A DNA stretch of 64,000 bases from Candidatus Curtissbacteria bacterium (GTDB taxonomy: Bacteria; Patescibacteriota; Microgenomatia; Curtissbacterales; GWA2-41-24): positions 472 through 64,471 of the forward strand of contig JACPEV010000008.1 of assembly GCA_016183325.1 (NCBI GenBank), read 5' to 3'. The translations under genes and the position numbers were made by a program. Positions 38,366 to 48,871 of this stretch are shown here, one piece after another. Position 1 is the stretch's first letter; each line of letters begins with the position of its first letter. The notes under the pieces were generated by a model. That model did not search any database and was not told where the DNA came from. It saw nothing but the letters and a program-made list of their open reading frames with translations.

Positions 38366-38763
38366 TTCGTTATTTTAGACAAATTGCTTTGATACTTTTG
38401 CCAACTAGCCTCTTGCCAAATTTCGAAGTGATCACCAGCACCGATAATTACCGGCTTTGAGATCTTTGCGTATGCCAGTAAATTGCCAGGTATAACAAAC
38501 CGGCCCTGATCATCAAGATTGGTACGCTCGGCTGAGGAGAAAAAGAAGCGGCGTATAGAACGGGAACGCCTCTCGGTGAGTGCGCCAGCCAATTGCTTCG
38601 CCGACTCATTCTCCCAAGTCTTTGTGTCGAAGCCGAAAATACATTTTTCAAAACCCAAAGACAGAATAATTTCGCTTGTTGTAAGCTCATCGCGGATTTT
38701 TTTTGGTAAAGCAATTCTTCGAGATTTTAAATCAAATGAAGGTCTGTAGCTGCCCAGAAACAC
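38362..38763 (-). CDS. mraZ: Transcriptional regulator MraZ
   Basis: MFLGSY...D..RI.LP; LDDQGR..IP; IGAGDHFEIW. Confidence 0.95.
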   Translation of the reverse strand: MFLGSYRPSFDLKSRRIALPKKIRDELTTSEIILSLGFEKCIFGFDTKTWENESAKQLAGALTERRSRSIRRFFFSSAERTNLDDQGRFVIPGNLLAYAKISKPVIIGAGDHFEIWQEASWQKYQSNLSKITK

Positions 38764-38824
38764 TTTTTACCCTTACTCTCTACTCCCAGGCAGCTATGTG
38801 CAATTAGGAGTACCGATAATGATT

Positions 38825-38877
38825 CACCAAAAATCACCATCTATTTCCATTTTTCACCATGATTTGGTTGTTGTCAA
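38825..38877 (-). promoter_or_regulatory. dcw promoter with MraZ operator repeats
   Basis: TTGACA followed by four TGGTG/TGGAA pentamers at exact 10-nt spacing (38825, 38835, 38845, 38855). Confidence 0.75.
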
Positions 38878-39025
38878 GGGGGGAAAGTAAACAATTAACA
38901 ATTGACAGTTAACAATTGACTATGAGCTAGCGGTTAGAGAGTAATTTGGAAGATCAAAAGTGAAATTAGGACAATAAGTGTTACTAGGATTCCAATTATT
39001 GTTAAAATTTGCTTAGTTAAATCAG

Positions 39026-40621
39026 TCATACTAATTGAGCCGTCAATTTAGGCTGTATAACTTCTGGTAAATTTACTTTTTGAAATTTGGCGTAGGGGGT
39101 TTTTGGGTATTCAGGGTCGTAAGGACGCATATCAAAAGGGTTGTTATAGTCAAGACAGCCTGTACAGTGTGATGAATGCATTTCTTCCTGGGTCATGTTA
39201 AGCGACCTGGCCATACCACCAAGAGTAAGATAGTGCAGTGAAGATACATTCAGTTTACGCTTGATTTGATCTTCTGACAGAGTTTTATAATTACCATGCT
39301 TATCCTTTGTAACTGCTCCAAGCTCATCTCTTGAACCAATATTGACACCCAAAAAACAAGGATTGACAAACCGCGGGGCTAAAAATCGACAATGGATAGT
39401 TTTTACTCCAATTTTCAGAAGATGGGCGACCAGAATACTGAAGGTAGTCAGACGAACTGCCGTATCGTCGATTAAGTATATGGATTTGCCGATGAGGCTG
39501 GGCGATATAAAAAACTTTTTTTCGACATCTTTTTTCCTAAGATACGGATCGTCTTCAATGAAAGAACGTTTGGCGTGATCATATCTCTCTTTAACCAGAC
39601 CTCTTTTGTATCTAAATTTGAGTTTGGGGGACAGTTTATTTGCCAGCGATTCGTAAAAAGCGTAAGCTCCGGGATTGGCGGTATCTGGTACGGCAACCAC
39701 ATAATCGATGGCTTCGATAGTCTCTCTTCTAATCTTTTGTGATTTGATCCTGGCGTATTCTTCATTTGCTAGTTGACTGCCCAAACTTTCCCGATTTTGG
39801 CCAATGACTCCATCCCAAATAGAAGTCTCATGGGAAAAATACAGTTTTTCAAAAACACAAAAACTTCTTTTTTGAGGCATCAAATACTGGGCGATTGTAA
39901 CGCCGGTGCTATCTGCAATTAACATCTGTCCGGCTTCGATTTTTTGGCTGTGAGGAATGTTAATCCTGTCAAGTGCACAAGTTTCAGAAGCAACGAAGGC
40001 ATGGCCGTTGTCTTGGCTCCAAACCAGCGGTCTGACTCCCCAAGGATCTCGAAGTGCAATTAACTTGTCGTCACCGGTGACCATAACAAGCGAGAAAGCT
40101 CCTTTGACGTCGCAGAGGCTCTGGGCGATTTTTTGCCGCCAGGTAAAGCCGGGAGCCGTGACAATTAGCCAGGCAAGAATTTCTGAATCGGAATCAGATT
40201 CGAGTCTTATTCCAAATTTAGCCAATTTTCTGCGATGTTTTTTCAAATCGACAACATTACCATTGTGACCAAGTGCCACCTCCCAACCTTGATGTGAAGC
40301 GTGAAATGGTTGAGCGTCACAATCGCGACGCCGGCTGCCTTCTGTAGGATACCTTAGGTGGGCAATAGTAATTTCGCCTTTTAGAGAATTCTGATCCACA
40401 ATTTCTGTAGAACTAAAGATTTCGTTGAAAGCTCTGGCTTCTTTGTAAACTCTTAAGATTTGCCCTTGGGGCTTGACAGCGATTCCTCCACCGTTTTGGC
40501 CACGATGTTGAAGGGCCTTGCCCATTTCGATTGCTACAGCCGAGGCGTTAACGCCCTGAGGCGCTAAGCAACCGGCTACTCCGCAGCGATCGTAGGGTTT
40601 GTCAGGAAGATCCAGATTCAT
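39026..40621 (-). CDS. purF: Amidophosphoribosyltransferase
   Basis: Propeptide then CGVAG, LQHRGQ, HLRYPT, HNGN, RDPWGVRPL, CVFE..YF, PRPP loop LIDDTAVR.TT. Confidence 0.9.
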   Translation of the reverse strand: MNLDLPDKPYDRCGVAGCLAPQGVNASAVAIEMGKALQHRGQNGGGIAVKPQGQILRVYKEARAFNEIFSSTEIVDQNSLKGEITIAHLRYPTEGSRRRDCDAQPFHASHQGWEVALGHNGNVVDLKKHRRKLAKFGIRLESDSDSEILAWLIVTAPGFTWRQKIAQSLCDVKGAFSLVMVTGDDKLIALRDPWGVRPLVWSQDNGHAFVASETCALDRINIPHSQKIEAGQMLIADSTGVTIAQYLMPQKRSFCVFEKLYFSHETSIWDGVIGQNRESLGSQLANEEYARIKSQKIRRETIEAIDYVVAVPDTANPGAYAFYESLANKLSPKLKFRYKRGLVKERYDHAKRSFIEDDPYLRKKDVEKKFFISPSLIGKSIYLIDDTAVRLTTFSILVAHLLKIGVKTIHCRFLAPRFVNPCFLGVNIGSRDELGAVTKDKHGNYKTLSEDQIKRKLNVSSLHYLTLGGMARSLNMTQEEMHSSHCTGCLDYNNPFDMRPYDPEYPKTPYAKFQKVNLPEVIQPKLTAQLV

Positions 40622-40643
40622 ATTTGTGGCCTTTTCCAGTTCT

Positions 40644-40674
40644 TAGTATCTGCTGCAAAATACTTTTTGTCAAT
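40644..40674 (-). promoter_or_regulatory. Sigma70-type promoter of purF
   Basis: TTGACA-17 nt-GATACT; the -35 overlaps the stop codon of the glyQS relic. Confidence 0.55.
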
Positions 40675-40795
40675 TTCCAACACCTAGTTTTGTTTCTAAT
40701 TTTTTCGCCAGTCCCCCTGTCTTGACTCTCTCCTGCCTTGCACTGTCACGCTCCCGTATCGTGGCAGTATCGTCCTCGAGGGTCTGGAAATCAAC
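40670..40795 (-). pseudogene. Diverged copy of glyQS 3' end (left island boundary)
   Basis: VDFQTLEDDTATIRERDSARQERVKTGGLAKKLETKLGVGN* versus Gly[27 protein letters not shown]. Confidence 0.88.
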
Positions 40796-40878
40796 TTATT
40801 AAGGAAACGTTCCGCGAGTCAAGAGAGGAAAATTAGGGCAGGAAAACTGAAAGAAAAATTGCTTGAACTTTATTAATC

Positions 40879-41418
40879 TTACAGCCTTTCCATTTCTCTA
40901 TTTGCTTGTTCCGGACTAATGCTAGCAATCTGTTGGCTTTCTTTTGTCACGTAAAGGGTATCAGAATCATCGAGAAATTTGAGTTGAGATCTTTCGTATT
41001 TTCCCAGGCCAAGGTATTTGGCAATATCTCCTTCTCGTTGTTTAAATTCTTGGTCTTCAATTCTCAATTCCGGAACGTATGAATTGTTTGTAGGATCAAA
41101 ATATTCTACTTTTAATAATCTGACACAAGCCCCAACGCCGGTTTCATCCTGGGATACGATTAGCGACTGGCAAATCTGCCGCATCGGAGGATTCCAAAAA
41201 TCGCCAGGCTTCATATCGTTCATTGCTCTATACCTGAAACCTACCCTATTTTTTTCAAAAGCTTCAGCTTCGGAAATCCTCACCCGCCTATTGATTCCAA
41301 TAAGAGAGATTACTATTCTGCCATCTTTTGAAAGCTCTTCAGTTAATTTTATGACATTATTTTGGAATAATTGTGACGTTCTTGATTCAGGTGATTTGTC
41401 TTCTGGTCTTTCAGCCAT
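40879..41418 (-). CDS. Hypothetical protein with C-terminal ISPxxAN tag
   Basis: Starts MAERPEDK just after the helicase stop; ends ISPEQANREMERL*. Confidence 0.8.
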   Translation of the reverse strand: MAERPEDKSPESRTSQLFQNNVIKLTEELSKDGRIVISLIGINRRVRISEAEAFEKNRVGFRYRAMNDMKPGDFWNPPMRQICQSLIVSQDETGVGACVRLLKVEYFDPTNNSYVPELRIEDQEFKQREGDIAKYLGLGKYERSQLKFLDDSDTLYVTKESQQIASISPEQANREMERL

Positions 41419-41422
41419 TTTT

Positions 41423-44400
41423 TCATCCTCTTCCATTCCCGCTGATAAGTTGTCGTCTTGCTTCTCTAATGATATAAGAAAATGCATTCAACCTATCTTT
41501 GGGCATTCTATCGGTAACTGATAAATCTTGCAAAATCCGAATGCAGAATTCTTCTGCTTGAGGCCAATCCCATCCTGTGATTCTCGAAATTGGTCGGATT
41601 AAGTTTGTCCTGTAATCTCTGAAGTCTTGTATGGAAACTCCTCGTAAGAAATCTAAAATTGAGTTTTCCCTTTTAATAAGGGGTTCACCAGTCAAGATAA
41701 GTTCAACATCTTTATCAGTATCCACACTACGAATCTCTATTTCCGGCTTCTGTGTAGTTGTGACGTTTGGATTATATATTTCAAAGTGATCAAGCTCTAA
41801 ACGGAGCTGTGGCGACGGATAATCTGTTCCAGGACTCTTCCTCACTCTGCGGTTTGCCTTGGGACCTATGCTTAACCAGGCGCGTGAATCAGTAAGTAAT
41901 TCCAAGTCAGACAGGGTTAGACCTTTTAAGTCTACTTCTCCAACTTTTTGCGCCAAAATCGACCATCCAAGGCTTTTCTTGGTGCCGAGCTTACTAATTC
42001 CAATTGCACGCCCGCTATATTCTTGGTCAACCTTAAAACCAAAATGTTCTTCAAGAGCTGCTGTAAATTTTCTGAACTTGTCATCGTCTAAAACTCTTTC
42101 CGGTAAAGTTAGGGAGAAATAACCACTATTTTTAAGGACTCGGTTGCTTTCCCTTAGTATCTTCGTTCTTTCGGAATCTTCTGCCTTCACAGAACCTTTA
42201 TTTGAAAGTGAGGAATAATGTAGAACAAAAGCATTATCCAAAAAGTCATACGTATCATCCCGAGACTCTAGCTCATCGGCTCTTCCGAATTTTGCAGTAC
42301 CACCAAATATTCTTGCTTTTTCCCATCCTACTTGCAAAATATATGGATTAATGTCGACGTTATCAATACCCCTTTTTAGCTTTCTTTGCAGAAGAAGGGT
42401 CCCTGCGCCAACGCTCAAAATTTGACTTTCCTCTTCTGATTTAGTTTTAATCAGATGGCTTACGAAGTCAGCATTATATCCTGTTATATGATACTCATCT
42501 CTTCCTTCATCATAAAATTTAACCGCGATTCTTTGCGGATCTATCTCGTTTGTATGAAACATTTCAAGCGTCCTCTCTGCCCCCGCACCTGTCATGTTAT
42601 GGAAAGCTGTTGAGAGATATAATGAATCTTTGCTTCTAATTTCAATCCTATTCCCAAGTCTTTTAGAATCAAAAAATTCTTGTTGATCTGGATGTAAAAC
42701 AATTCCGGAAAGTGCCATTCTTGAAAGTAGATATGAGTAAACAACTGCTTCACCTTTACCTTGATCAACCATATCTTTAACTTCCAAAACCAGATTTTCG
42801 ACAGGGACAAGTTGTCCTTGTCTTTGCGATCTTCCTACCATCTGTTTTAACTGTTGAAAATGCCAGGGGGGTCCTAAGAAAATTTTTCTTACACCTACAA
42901 TCTCCCTGTCTTGTTCGTCCTTCAGGGCGTTTAATGTGTAATCCCTACTTTGATAGGTGGCTTCAAGCGTGACCAACATAAGCGCAGAACTTGGATTATT
43001 GACCCATCGAGAAATGACAGCTTCCCGCGGCCTTCCCACCCCGATTGTTCCATCTATCATTAATATGTCTTCAGGTGAACATAGACCGCTTACCCAAGAT
43101 TTTAGGAGAGTCATCAACTTAAAATCATTTATCGTATCCAATTCGTAACTTGTATATAAATTTGTTACTGACCCATCCTCTTGATTTATTGCTCGCTGCA
43201 AGACATCACCAGTTCGCCCTTGTCTACGTGAAGGAGAAATAATAAATACTTTGTCTCTAACTATTCTTCCATCTTCTGACTGCCTCCATGTCAACGAATC
43301 CGTGACGAGTCGTTTTAACGTTTTATATTTGGTTGATAACTTCCGACTCATCCAAAATTTTCTTAATTCAGCCAGGTCGGCATCAGAAGAATCTTTGGTA
43401 AGTTCTTCTACTAATGTATCCACTCCATTTTCTAAAAGCTCACTAAAGAAACAGGATAGTACTAAATCTCCCATTCCAATTTCGACTAGTCGATCTGCGC
43501 TTAAAAAATCTTCAGATTTTTGTGGAGAATCTACTCCCTTGAACTCTTTCCATTTGGGAACTATGAGTTTTAATATATTCAAAGTTTCGTCAATATCCAT
43601 TTCCTGAATTTTATCTTTTGCCATTCTTCGAATCTCCACTTTAGTGAGAAGTGGGTTCAGCAATGCATCTTCCAATAACCTAATCTTATTAAGAGGATTT
43701 GTTTGTATGTTGTCTTCAATGAATTGATGCAAATATTCTTCAAAGGGAGATGCTTGAATACTAAAAGGTGTGTATCTGAATTCTTGTACTCCGGTGGCCT
43801 GTTCCCACCTAAACATTCTTTTTTCTCCAATTAATGACATGTATACCAGGTCAGGGCGATTTAAATGGGCATCGCTAAAGGTTTTTCTTCTTGCAGTCGA
43901 AAATTCATGAACAGGAACATATTCAGATGGATATAGAATTGACATAGGCACATTTAAGTTGGCAAGTTTACTTCTGATTGGAGTGGCAGTAAGTCCCAGG
44001 ATCGGCGCATCTTCGTTTCCGGTTCTTTCTTGATAATTTTGACGTATTTTGCCGATTAAATGGAGTAATGCCTTAGAAGAAATTGCATCGTAATTATTGA
44101 AGTTATCAATCTCGTCAATTATTGAAGCGTCTACTTTTGCTGATTTAATTAGGGTTTCCTCAAGCAAAGGAAGCAAATTTGAATCACTTTGCGTGTCTTC
44201 CAGTAATTCTTGGCTAATAACTATATATTTCTTGCCTGAGTTTGCCGCATTTTTCAGCTCACCAGATCCTTTGACAATGTAAACTTGATCCGGATTGGTA
44301 AACGCAACATTTGATTCAATTTCCCATGTTTCTTTCCCTGCTGCTGTTGCAAAAACCAACACTCTTGCAGCATCCGAGTTTTCCATAGCTAGGTAAGCAG

Positions 44401-45376
44401 CGCTAGTTTTTCCAAGTCCCGTATCAGCTGCCAAAAGCCTTGTATTATGCCTTACAAAGTCGTAACAAAATGTTCTCTGTTCAAATGAGGGGAATGGCCT
44501 GGTTTGGTCTTTGACTTGAATTTGGGATTTAAATTCTCCTTTCAGCGGGAAAGTGGCTATATCATAAAATCGTTCGTGAATTTTTTCCAAAAATTGTTTT
44601 TTATCGGGATCTGTGCATTGCTTGATCACCTCTTCAAATTGTTTCATTCCCTCTTGAAGCCCGGCGTCCGTAATACTTCTTGAAAGGCTTTGTTCCAAAT
44701 AATTTTGAACTAAGTTGTATTTAATTGCATATATATTTCTAAAAATTTTCTTGGGGACTCTGTCTATCATGTCAACGATATCCATGTCTCTTTGAGGCAT
44801 AGTTCCAGTAAGAAGTCCAATATAAGGTCTGATAAGAGCAGTGGTTACCCAGGCACGGAGTTCTTCAATTTTTTTGGCATCCGTGACATTCTCGAATAAT
44901 TCCAATGTCATGATTTGACCTACTACCTCTAGAGGCCAACCGGCATCGACAAGCTCTTTGACATTAATATTCTCTGCCAACTTTGTTTCTACGACCTTTT
45001 GCGCTTCTTCATCCTCATGAGTCCCTCGCTTTATATGTCCTTTTTCTACTAGTAAAAGCTGCAAGTCTTCATACAATTCTTTGCCATGTGCTTTAATTTC
45101 TGCTTCTGCTTGCAGGCGTTCCTCATCAGATTTGAGTTGAATTACCATATCATCTCGAGGGATAAAATTCCTGAGAAGGAAAAGGGGGTCTTTTTGTTGC
45201 GCGTATATTCCACCTTCAATAAGCTTTTTCGCATAGTAAAATTTATGTCTAAGACGTGTTGAAGATGCGTAATTAGCTTCAAAAGTGCTACTTCCTTGCC
45301 AGTTTAGAACCCGATCTTCAAAATCGGGTGGTAGGATTATTTCTCCTTGTGGAGCCTCGTTCAGTCTCTCAATCAT
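41423..45376 (-). CDS. SNF2-like SF2 helicase/ATPase fused to class I SAM-dependent methyltransferase
   Basis: LLAADTGLGKT (I), IIDEID (II), LTATP (III), QMVGRSQRQGQ (VI); then LSVGAGT, VDINP, RVLKNSG MTase motifs; ATG 45376 lies 8 nt after the -10. Confidence 0.85.
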   Translation of the reverse strand: MIERLNEAPQGEIILPPDFEDRVLNWQGSSTFEANYASSTRLRHKFYYAKKLIEGGIYAQQKDPLFLLRNFIPRDDMVIQLKSDEERLQAEAEIKAHGKELYEDLQLLLVEKGHIKRGTHEDEEAQKVVETKLAENINVKELVDAGWPLEVVGQIMTLELFENVTDAKKIEELRAWVTTALIRPYIGLLTGTMPQRDMDIVDMIDRVPKKIFRNIYAIKYNLVQNYLEQSLSRSITDAGLQEGMKQFEEVIKQCTDPDKKQFLEKIHERFYDIATFPLKGEFKSQIQVKDQTRPFPSFEQRTFCYDFVRHNTRLLAADTGLGKTSAAYLAMENSDAARVLVFATAAGKETWEIESNVAFTNPDQVYIVKGSGELKNAANSGKKYIVISQELLEDTQSDSNLLPLLEETLIKSAKVDASIIDEIDNFNNYDAISSKALLHLIGKIRQNYQERTGNEDAPILGLTATPIRSKLANLNVPMSILYPSEYVPVHEFSTARRKTFSDAHLNRPDLVYMSLIGEKRMFRWEQATGVQEFRYTPFSIQASPFEEYLHQFIEDNIQTNPLNKIRLLEDALLNPLLTKVEIRRMAKDKIQEMDIDETLNILKLIVPKWKEFKGVDSPQKSEDFLSADRLVEIGMGDLVLSCFFSELLENGVDTLVEELTKDSSDADLAELRKFWMSRKLSTKYKTLKRLVTDSLTWRQSEDGRIVRDKVFIISPSRRQGRTGDVLQRAINQEDGSVTNLYTSYELDTINDFKLMTLLKSWVSGLCSPEDILMIDGTIGVGRPREAVISRWVNNPSSALMLVTLEATYQSRDYTLNALKDEQDREIVGVRKIFLGPPWHFQQLKQMVGRSQRQGQLVPVENLVLEVKDMVDQGKGEAVVYSYLLSRMALSGIVLHPDQQEFFDSKRLGNRIEIRSKDSLYLSTAFHNMTGAGAERTLEMFHTNEIDPQRIAVKFYDEGRDEYHITGYNADFVSHLIKTKSEEESQILSVGAGTLLLQRKLKRGIDNVDINPYILQVGWEKARIFGGTAKFGRADELESRDDTYDFLDNAFVLHYSSLSNKGSVKAEDSERTKILRESNRVLKNSGYFSLTLPERVLDDDKFRKFTAALEEHFGFKVDQEYSGRAIGISKLGTKKSLGWSILAQKVGEVDLKGLTLSDLELLTDSRAWLSIGPKANRRVRKSPGTDYPSPQLRLELDHFEIYNPNVTTTQKPEIEIRSVDTDKDVELILTGEPLIKRENSILDFLRGVSIQDFRDYRTNLIRPISRITGWDWPQAEEFCIRILQDLSVTDRMPKDRLNAFSYIIREARRQLISGNGRG

Positions 45377-45384
45377 TAGGACTG

Positions 45385-45413
45385 ATTTTATCAAATTTAG
45401 CCTATAGTTTCAA
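45385..45413 (-). promoter_or_regulatory. Promoter of helicase operon
   Basis: TTGAAActataggctaaatttgaTAAAAT-N8-ATG (17-nt spacer). Confidence 0.8.
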
Positions 45414-45487
45414 ATCTGAAAAGTGATGTCTGCTCTTCTGTTTGCAAAATCTCAAATTAATTTTACGGTCCATGCTGATCCTTTGCA

Positions 45488-45512
45488 TGATATTTACCTA
45501 ACAAGTGCCTTA
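45488..45512. promoter_or_regulatory. Shared 25-bp upstream box, copy 1
   Basis: TGATATTTACCTAACAAGTGCCTTA; 22/25 identical to 50937-50961. Confidence 0.75.
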
Positions 45513-45529
45513 GAGAGCATTATTGATTT

Positions 45530-47524
45530 TCATGCCTCTAAAAGCTTTACTAGTTGTTCGTTTGCCTCATCAGGAGAAATTGGTTGTGCTTTATCTCGAT
45601 TATTTTGTTTTTCTATTATTTCAACTATTAGTTGAATCAGCTCAGGAGCGTAGTGCTCAATAGGATGTCCTCCCTGATCGAGGTAAATCTCAAACCATTC
45701 TTGATGATCTTTCCTAAATTCTTTCGCTATCTGATCAATTACTCTTGAATTTTTTTTACGTAAATGATCCATTATGCCTCCTCTTGTCATCCAACCTTCC
45801 GGTGCTCGGCCATATCGTGTGAGCTCTTTGATAATTAACTCTTTCAATTCTGGTGAGTAATGCTCACGAATTCTGCCGTTTGAATCTACATAAAACTGAT
45901 GCCACTCGGGATGATTTTCTTTAAATTTATCGGCTCTATTACCCACAATTAAAGTGCTTCTCTTAATTTCTTTTGCTAAAGCTTCTTTTGTTATCCAGCC
46001 ATCTGGTTGATTTTTAAAGTTTGCGACATGCTCGATAATTAATGCAACGAATTCTGGTGAGTAATAATTATTGGGATGACCAGTCCGACTCAGAAATGTT
46101 TTGAACCAATCCAGATGCTCTTTTTTATATTTTTCTGCTAACCTTTCAACAAATTTCGGCGATTTTTCAACCAGTTCTGCTAAGCGCGCATTTGGGACCC
46201 ATCCTTCAGGAACAATATCGTATTTTGTAAGTTCATTTGTTAAGAAGGATACGAATTCGGGTGAATAATGATCCCGAAGAAACCCATTTCTAGCAACATA
46301 ATTTTTGGCCGATTCCGGATGTTGATCTCCAATTTGTTTAATTAATCTTTCAATAGGCCTCCTGGTTTTTCCTAATCGTTTTGCCAATTCTGTAATCGTT
46401 ATCCACCCTTCAGGTGCTTCGGTACCACCCTTTAATTCTTCTTCGGAAAATTCTATACCCAAAGGACTAAATGCAGATTTGAGGATCTCAAGCCGTAAGT
46501 TTTCGAATGATGGGTGCTCGCGACGAGGATTTCCAAACATTCTGCTGAAGTTCTTTTTTGATCTAACTTTTTCCCTAACGAATTGCTTTGCTTCTTCAAT
46601 TCTTCCTGTAATGACTGTCCCGTCTTTATCTAAGAAGGTTTCTATAAAATCTGGAAATTCTTGCAAAAATATCTCTCTTACGGCTTCAAAAATTTCTTCT
46701 CTATCTCTAGTATGCCAAATCCTCGGGTGAGCAAAATCGCTGTTATTAAATTGTACTCCCCAGGGTTTAAATGCTTTTTTAATAGCAGTTATGTAGCTTC
46801 CCTGGAAATAAGGTACTGCACCTTTTTGAACGGGTGTTCCACCAATAATTTGCGCAAATTTAATCTGATTTCCAATTTTCTCTTTAATAAATTCTTTCGC
46901 CGTTTCTTGGAAATTACTTTTTATTTGTCCATCATCATCTCTTGGAAATAAATCATTAAATTCAGGAAAGTTTTCAAGAAATAATCCTTGAATGTTGCCA
47001 ATGCCTATTTGTTCATTCTCTTCGGTGGTTTTGTCTGGAAATTTCCAGCGAACTTGTCCTATTGCATCTTTTAAAATTATTGGCCTATTTTTATCGCCAT
47101 TTGGTGAAGTATCTTTTGCAATTTCATTTCCTGGTAGCTCAATTCCCCAAGGAGCGAAGGATTTTTTAAAAACAACTAGGTAAGAGCCTTCAAAATATGG
47201 GCAAGATCTCTTATCACAAGCAACTCCAAAAGACATATAAAATTGTCTATTTTTGAAGACGTGGCTAAGTATAAATTCTCTTGCTTGTTCTACCCTGTTA
47301 CCATCAACTTTACCATCCTGATCTCTAAGAAATTGTAAATTAAAATCTGGAAACTTTTCTAGAAAAAGCGCTTGCACATTTCTAATGCCCAGCCGCTCAT
47401 TTTCCTCCAAGGTGTTGCCAGGTAGATGCCAACGTATTCGGCCTCCTCTATCCCTAAGAACTGTTGGCTTAGATATAGGAGAATATTCTGATAGTGACTG
47501 AGGATTTTCTTCTTCTTTTATCAT
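45530..47524 (-). CDS. Repeat protein (3 N-terminal domains + 4 PEGW..HYSPE HTH-like repeats) with ISPDEANEQL tag
   Basis: Internal repeats visible in translation; ends ISPDEANEQLVKLLEA*. Confidence 0.85.
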   Translation of the reverse strand: MIKEEENPQSLSEYSPISKPTVLRDRGGRIRWHLPGNTLEENERLGIRNVQALFLEKFPDFNLQFLRDQDGKVDGNRVEQAREFILSHVFKNRQFYMSFGVACDKRSCPYFEGSYLVVFKKSFAPWGIELPGNEIAKDTSPNGDKNRPIILKDAIGQVRWKFPDKTTEENEQIGIGNIQGLFLENFPEFNDLFPRDDDGQIKSNFQETAKEFIKEKIGNQIKFAQIIGGTPVQKGAVPYFQGSYITAIKKAFKPWGVQFNNSDFAHPRIWHTRDREEIFEAVREIFLQEFPDFIETFLDKDGTVITGRIEEAKQFVREKVRSKKNFSRMFGNPRREHPSFENLRLEILKSAFSPLGIEFSEEELKGGTEAPEGWITITELAKRLGKTRRPIERLIKQIGDQHPESAKNYVARNGFLRDHYSPEFVSFLTNELTKYDIVPEGWVPNARLAELVEKSPKFVERLAEKYKKEHLDWFKTFLSRTGHPNNYYSPEFVALIIEHVANFKNQPDGWITKEALAKEIKRSTLIVGNRADKFKENHPEWHQFYVDSNGRIREHYSPELKELIIKELTRYGRAPEGWMTRGGIMDHLRKKNSRVIDQIAKEFRKDHQEWFEIYLDQGGHPIEHYAPELIQLIVEIIEKQNNRDKAQPISPDEANEQLVKLLEA

Positions 47525-48871
47525 TCATTCCTCTAAAAACCTTCTTAATTGTTCGTTGGCTTCGTCGGGGGAGATTGAATCCTTTTCTATCTTTTCTTTT
47601 GGTGAATAGTTGCCCCCTTTGAGCGCGTCCATTATATCTTCTTGATTGTAAAGCTCAACAACTTTACCAGAAATGTCGCGACCGGTAATAACATTAATAT
47701 TTCTTCCACGAAGGTGGCGACGCATAGTTGCTGTTTGAAGCCCAAATGATTTTCGAAAATAAAATTGGGGCACCCATGTTTGATTGTTTTCATCGGTGTA
47801 GAGTCCCGTCACCTTATCCACTCGGGGTAAGTTTAAAAATTCGCTGATCTTTTCTGAAGCTTTCGATTCGTCGAAAAGGACTACTTCCGCACCAACCCTA
47901 CTTCTACCTTGTATCTGGGGGACATCAACAAGTAATGATGATAACGAAGTTCCACTAACCTGGAATCTGCTTCGAAGCACTCTTCTAGATACCCAACTGG
48001 AAGTACTGTTTTCTGTATACGAGCCTGTTTCGTTATTTACCCTAGGTAGCAGCAAAAAATTATTTATTTGACTTGTCACTTCGGGCACATTGTAGAGAAT
48101 GGTTTCGTGGCCAACCCCATCTCTGCCAGCTATAGATCGAACTCCTTGCATGAACTTTGATAGTTTTTCAGCACTAAGACCGTGATTAACTTTAAAGTAA
48201 TTAGCAGGGGCCCAACATTCTCCGTCTTCGTTTTGATATTGACCGATTGAACTATCAACTTGCGGGAGCGCAAAAAATTCGTTAATTCTTCTTGAAACTT
48301 CAGCTTCATTGTAGAGTCTAATTTCATGACCTTTAAGACCTACTCCTGCTCTTGATGGAACGCCGATCAAACGTTTAGACAAAGTTGGTCCGTTGATTTT
48401 AAAATTCTTTCTAAAAAAATAGGAGGAGGCCCAATTATTACCGTTTGCGTCCGTCCAGCGAGTTTCCTTATCAACCTTCGGTAAAGAAAGGTCGAGTCCC
48501 CAAGGATTGAAAGATTTTTCTAAAACGAAGTGATATGATCCTTGAAAATACGGGACTGTATTTTTCGAAAAAGGGGATTCTCCTGTTAGAGCAACAAACT
48601 CTTGTCTTTTACCTATTCTATCTAATATAAATTCTTCTGCTTGACCTCTTTTATCCTCTATAATTTTTTCATCTTCGCCCTTGGGGAAAAGTTCATTAAA
48701 CTCTGGATATCTTTCTAAGAAGATTGCTCGAATGTTTTTTATTCCAAGCATTAAGTTCTCTTCTTCAGAGTTGCCTGGAAGCGACCAGCGAATTCTGCCT
48801 CCTTTATCACGAAGAATTGACGGTACTTGGATTTCTTGATTTTGTGTTAGTAATGTTTCTTTTGCCATCAA
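47525..48871 (-). CDS. Repeat protein (shared N-domain + 4 LPxVD..GR..G.E..LYN repeats) with ISPDEANEQL tag
   Basis: N-terminus homologous to the 664-aa neighbour; ends ISPDEANEQLRRFLEE*. Confidence 0.85.
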   Translation of the reverse strand: MMAKETLLTQNQEIQVPSILRDKGGRIRWSLPGNSEEENLMLGIKNIRAIFLERYPEFNELFPKGEDEKIIEDKRGQAEEFILDRIGKRQEFVALTGESPFSKNTVPYFQGSYHFVLEKSFNPWGLDLSLPKVDKETRWTDANGNNWASSYFFRKNFKINGPTLSKRLIGVPSRAGVGLKGHEIRLYNEAEVSRRINEFFALPQVDSSIGQYQNEDGECWAPANYFKVNHGLSAEKLSKFMQGVRSIAGRDGVGHETILYNVPEVTSQINNFLLLPRVNNETGSYTENSTSSWVSRRVLRSRFQVSGTSLSSLLVDVPQIQGRSRVGAEVVLFDESKASEKISEFLNLPRVDKVTGLYTDENNQTWVPQFYFRKSFGLQTATMRRHLRGRNINVITGRDISGKVVELYNQEDIMDALKGGNYSPKEKIEKDSISPDEANEQLRRFLEE

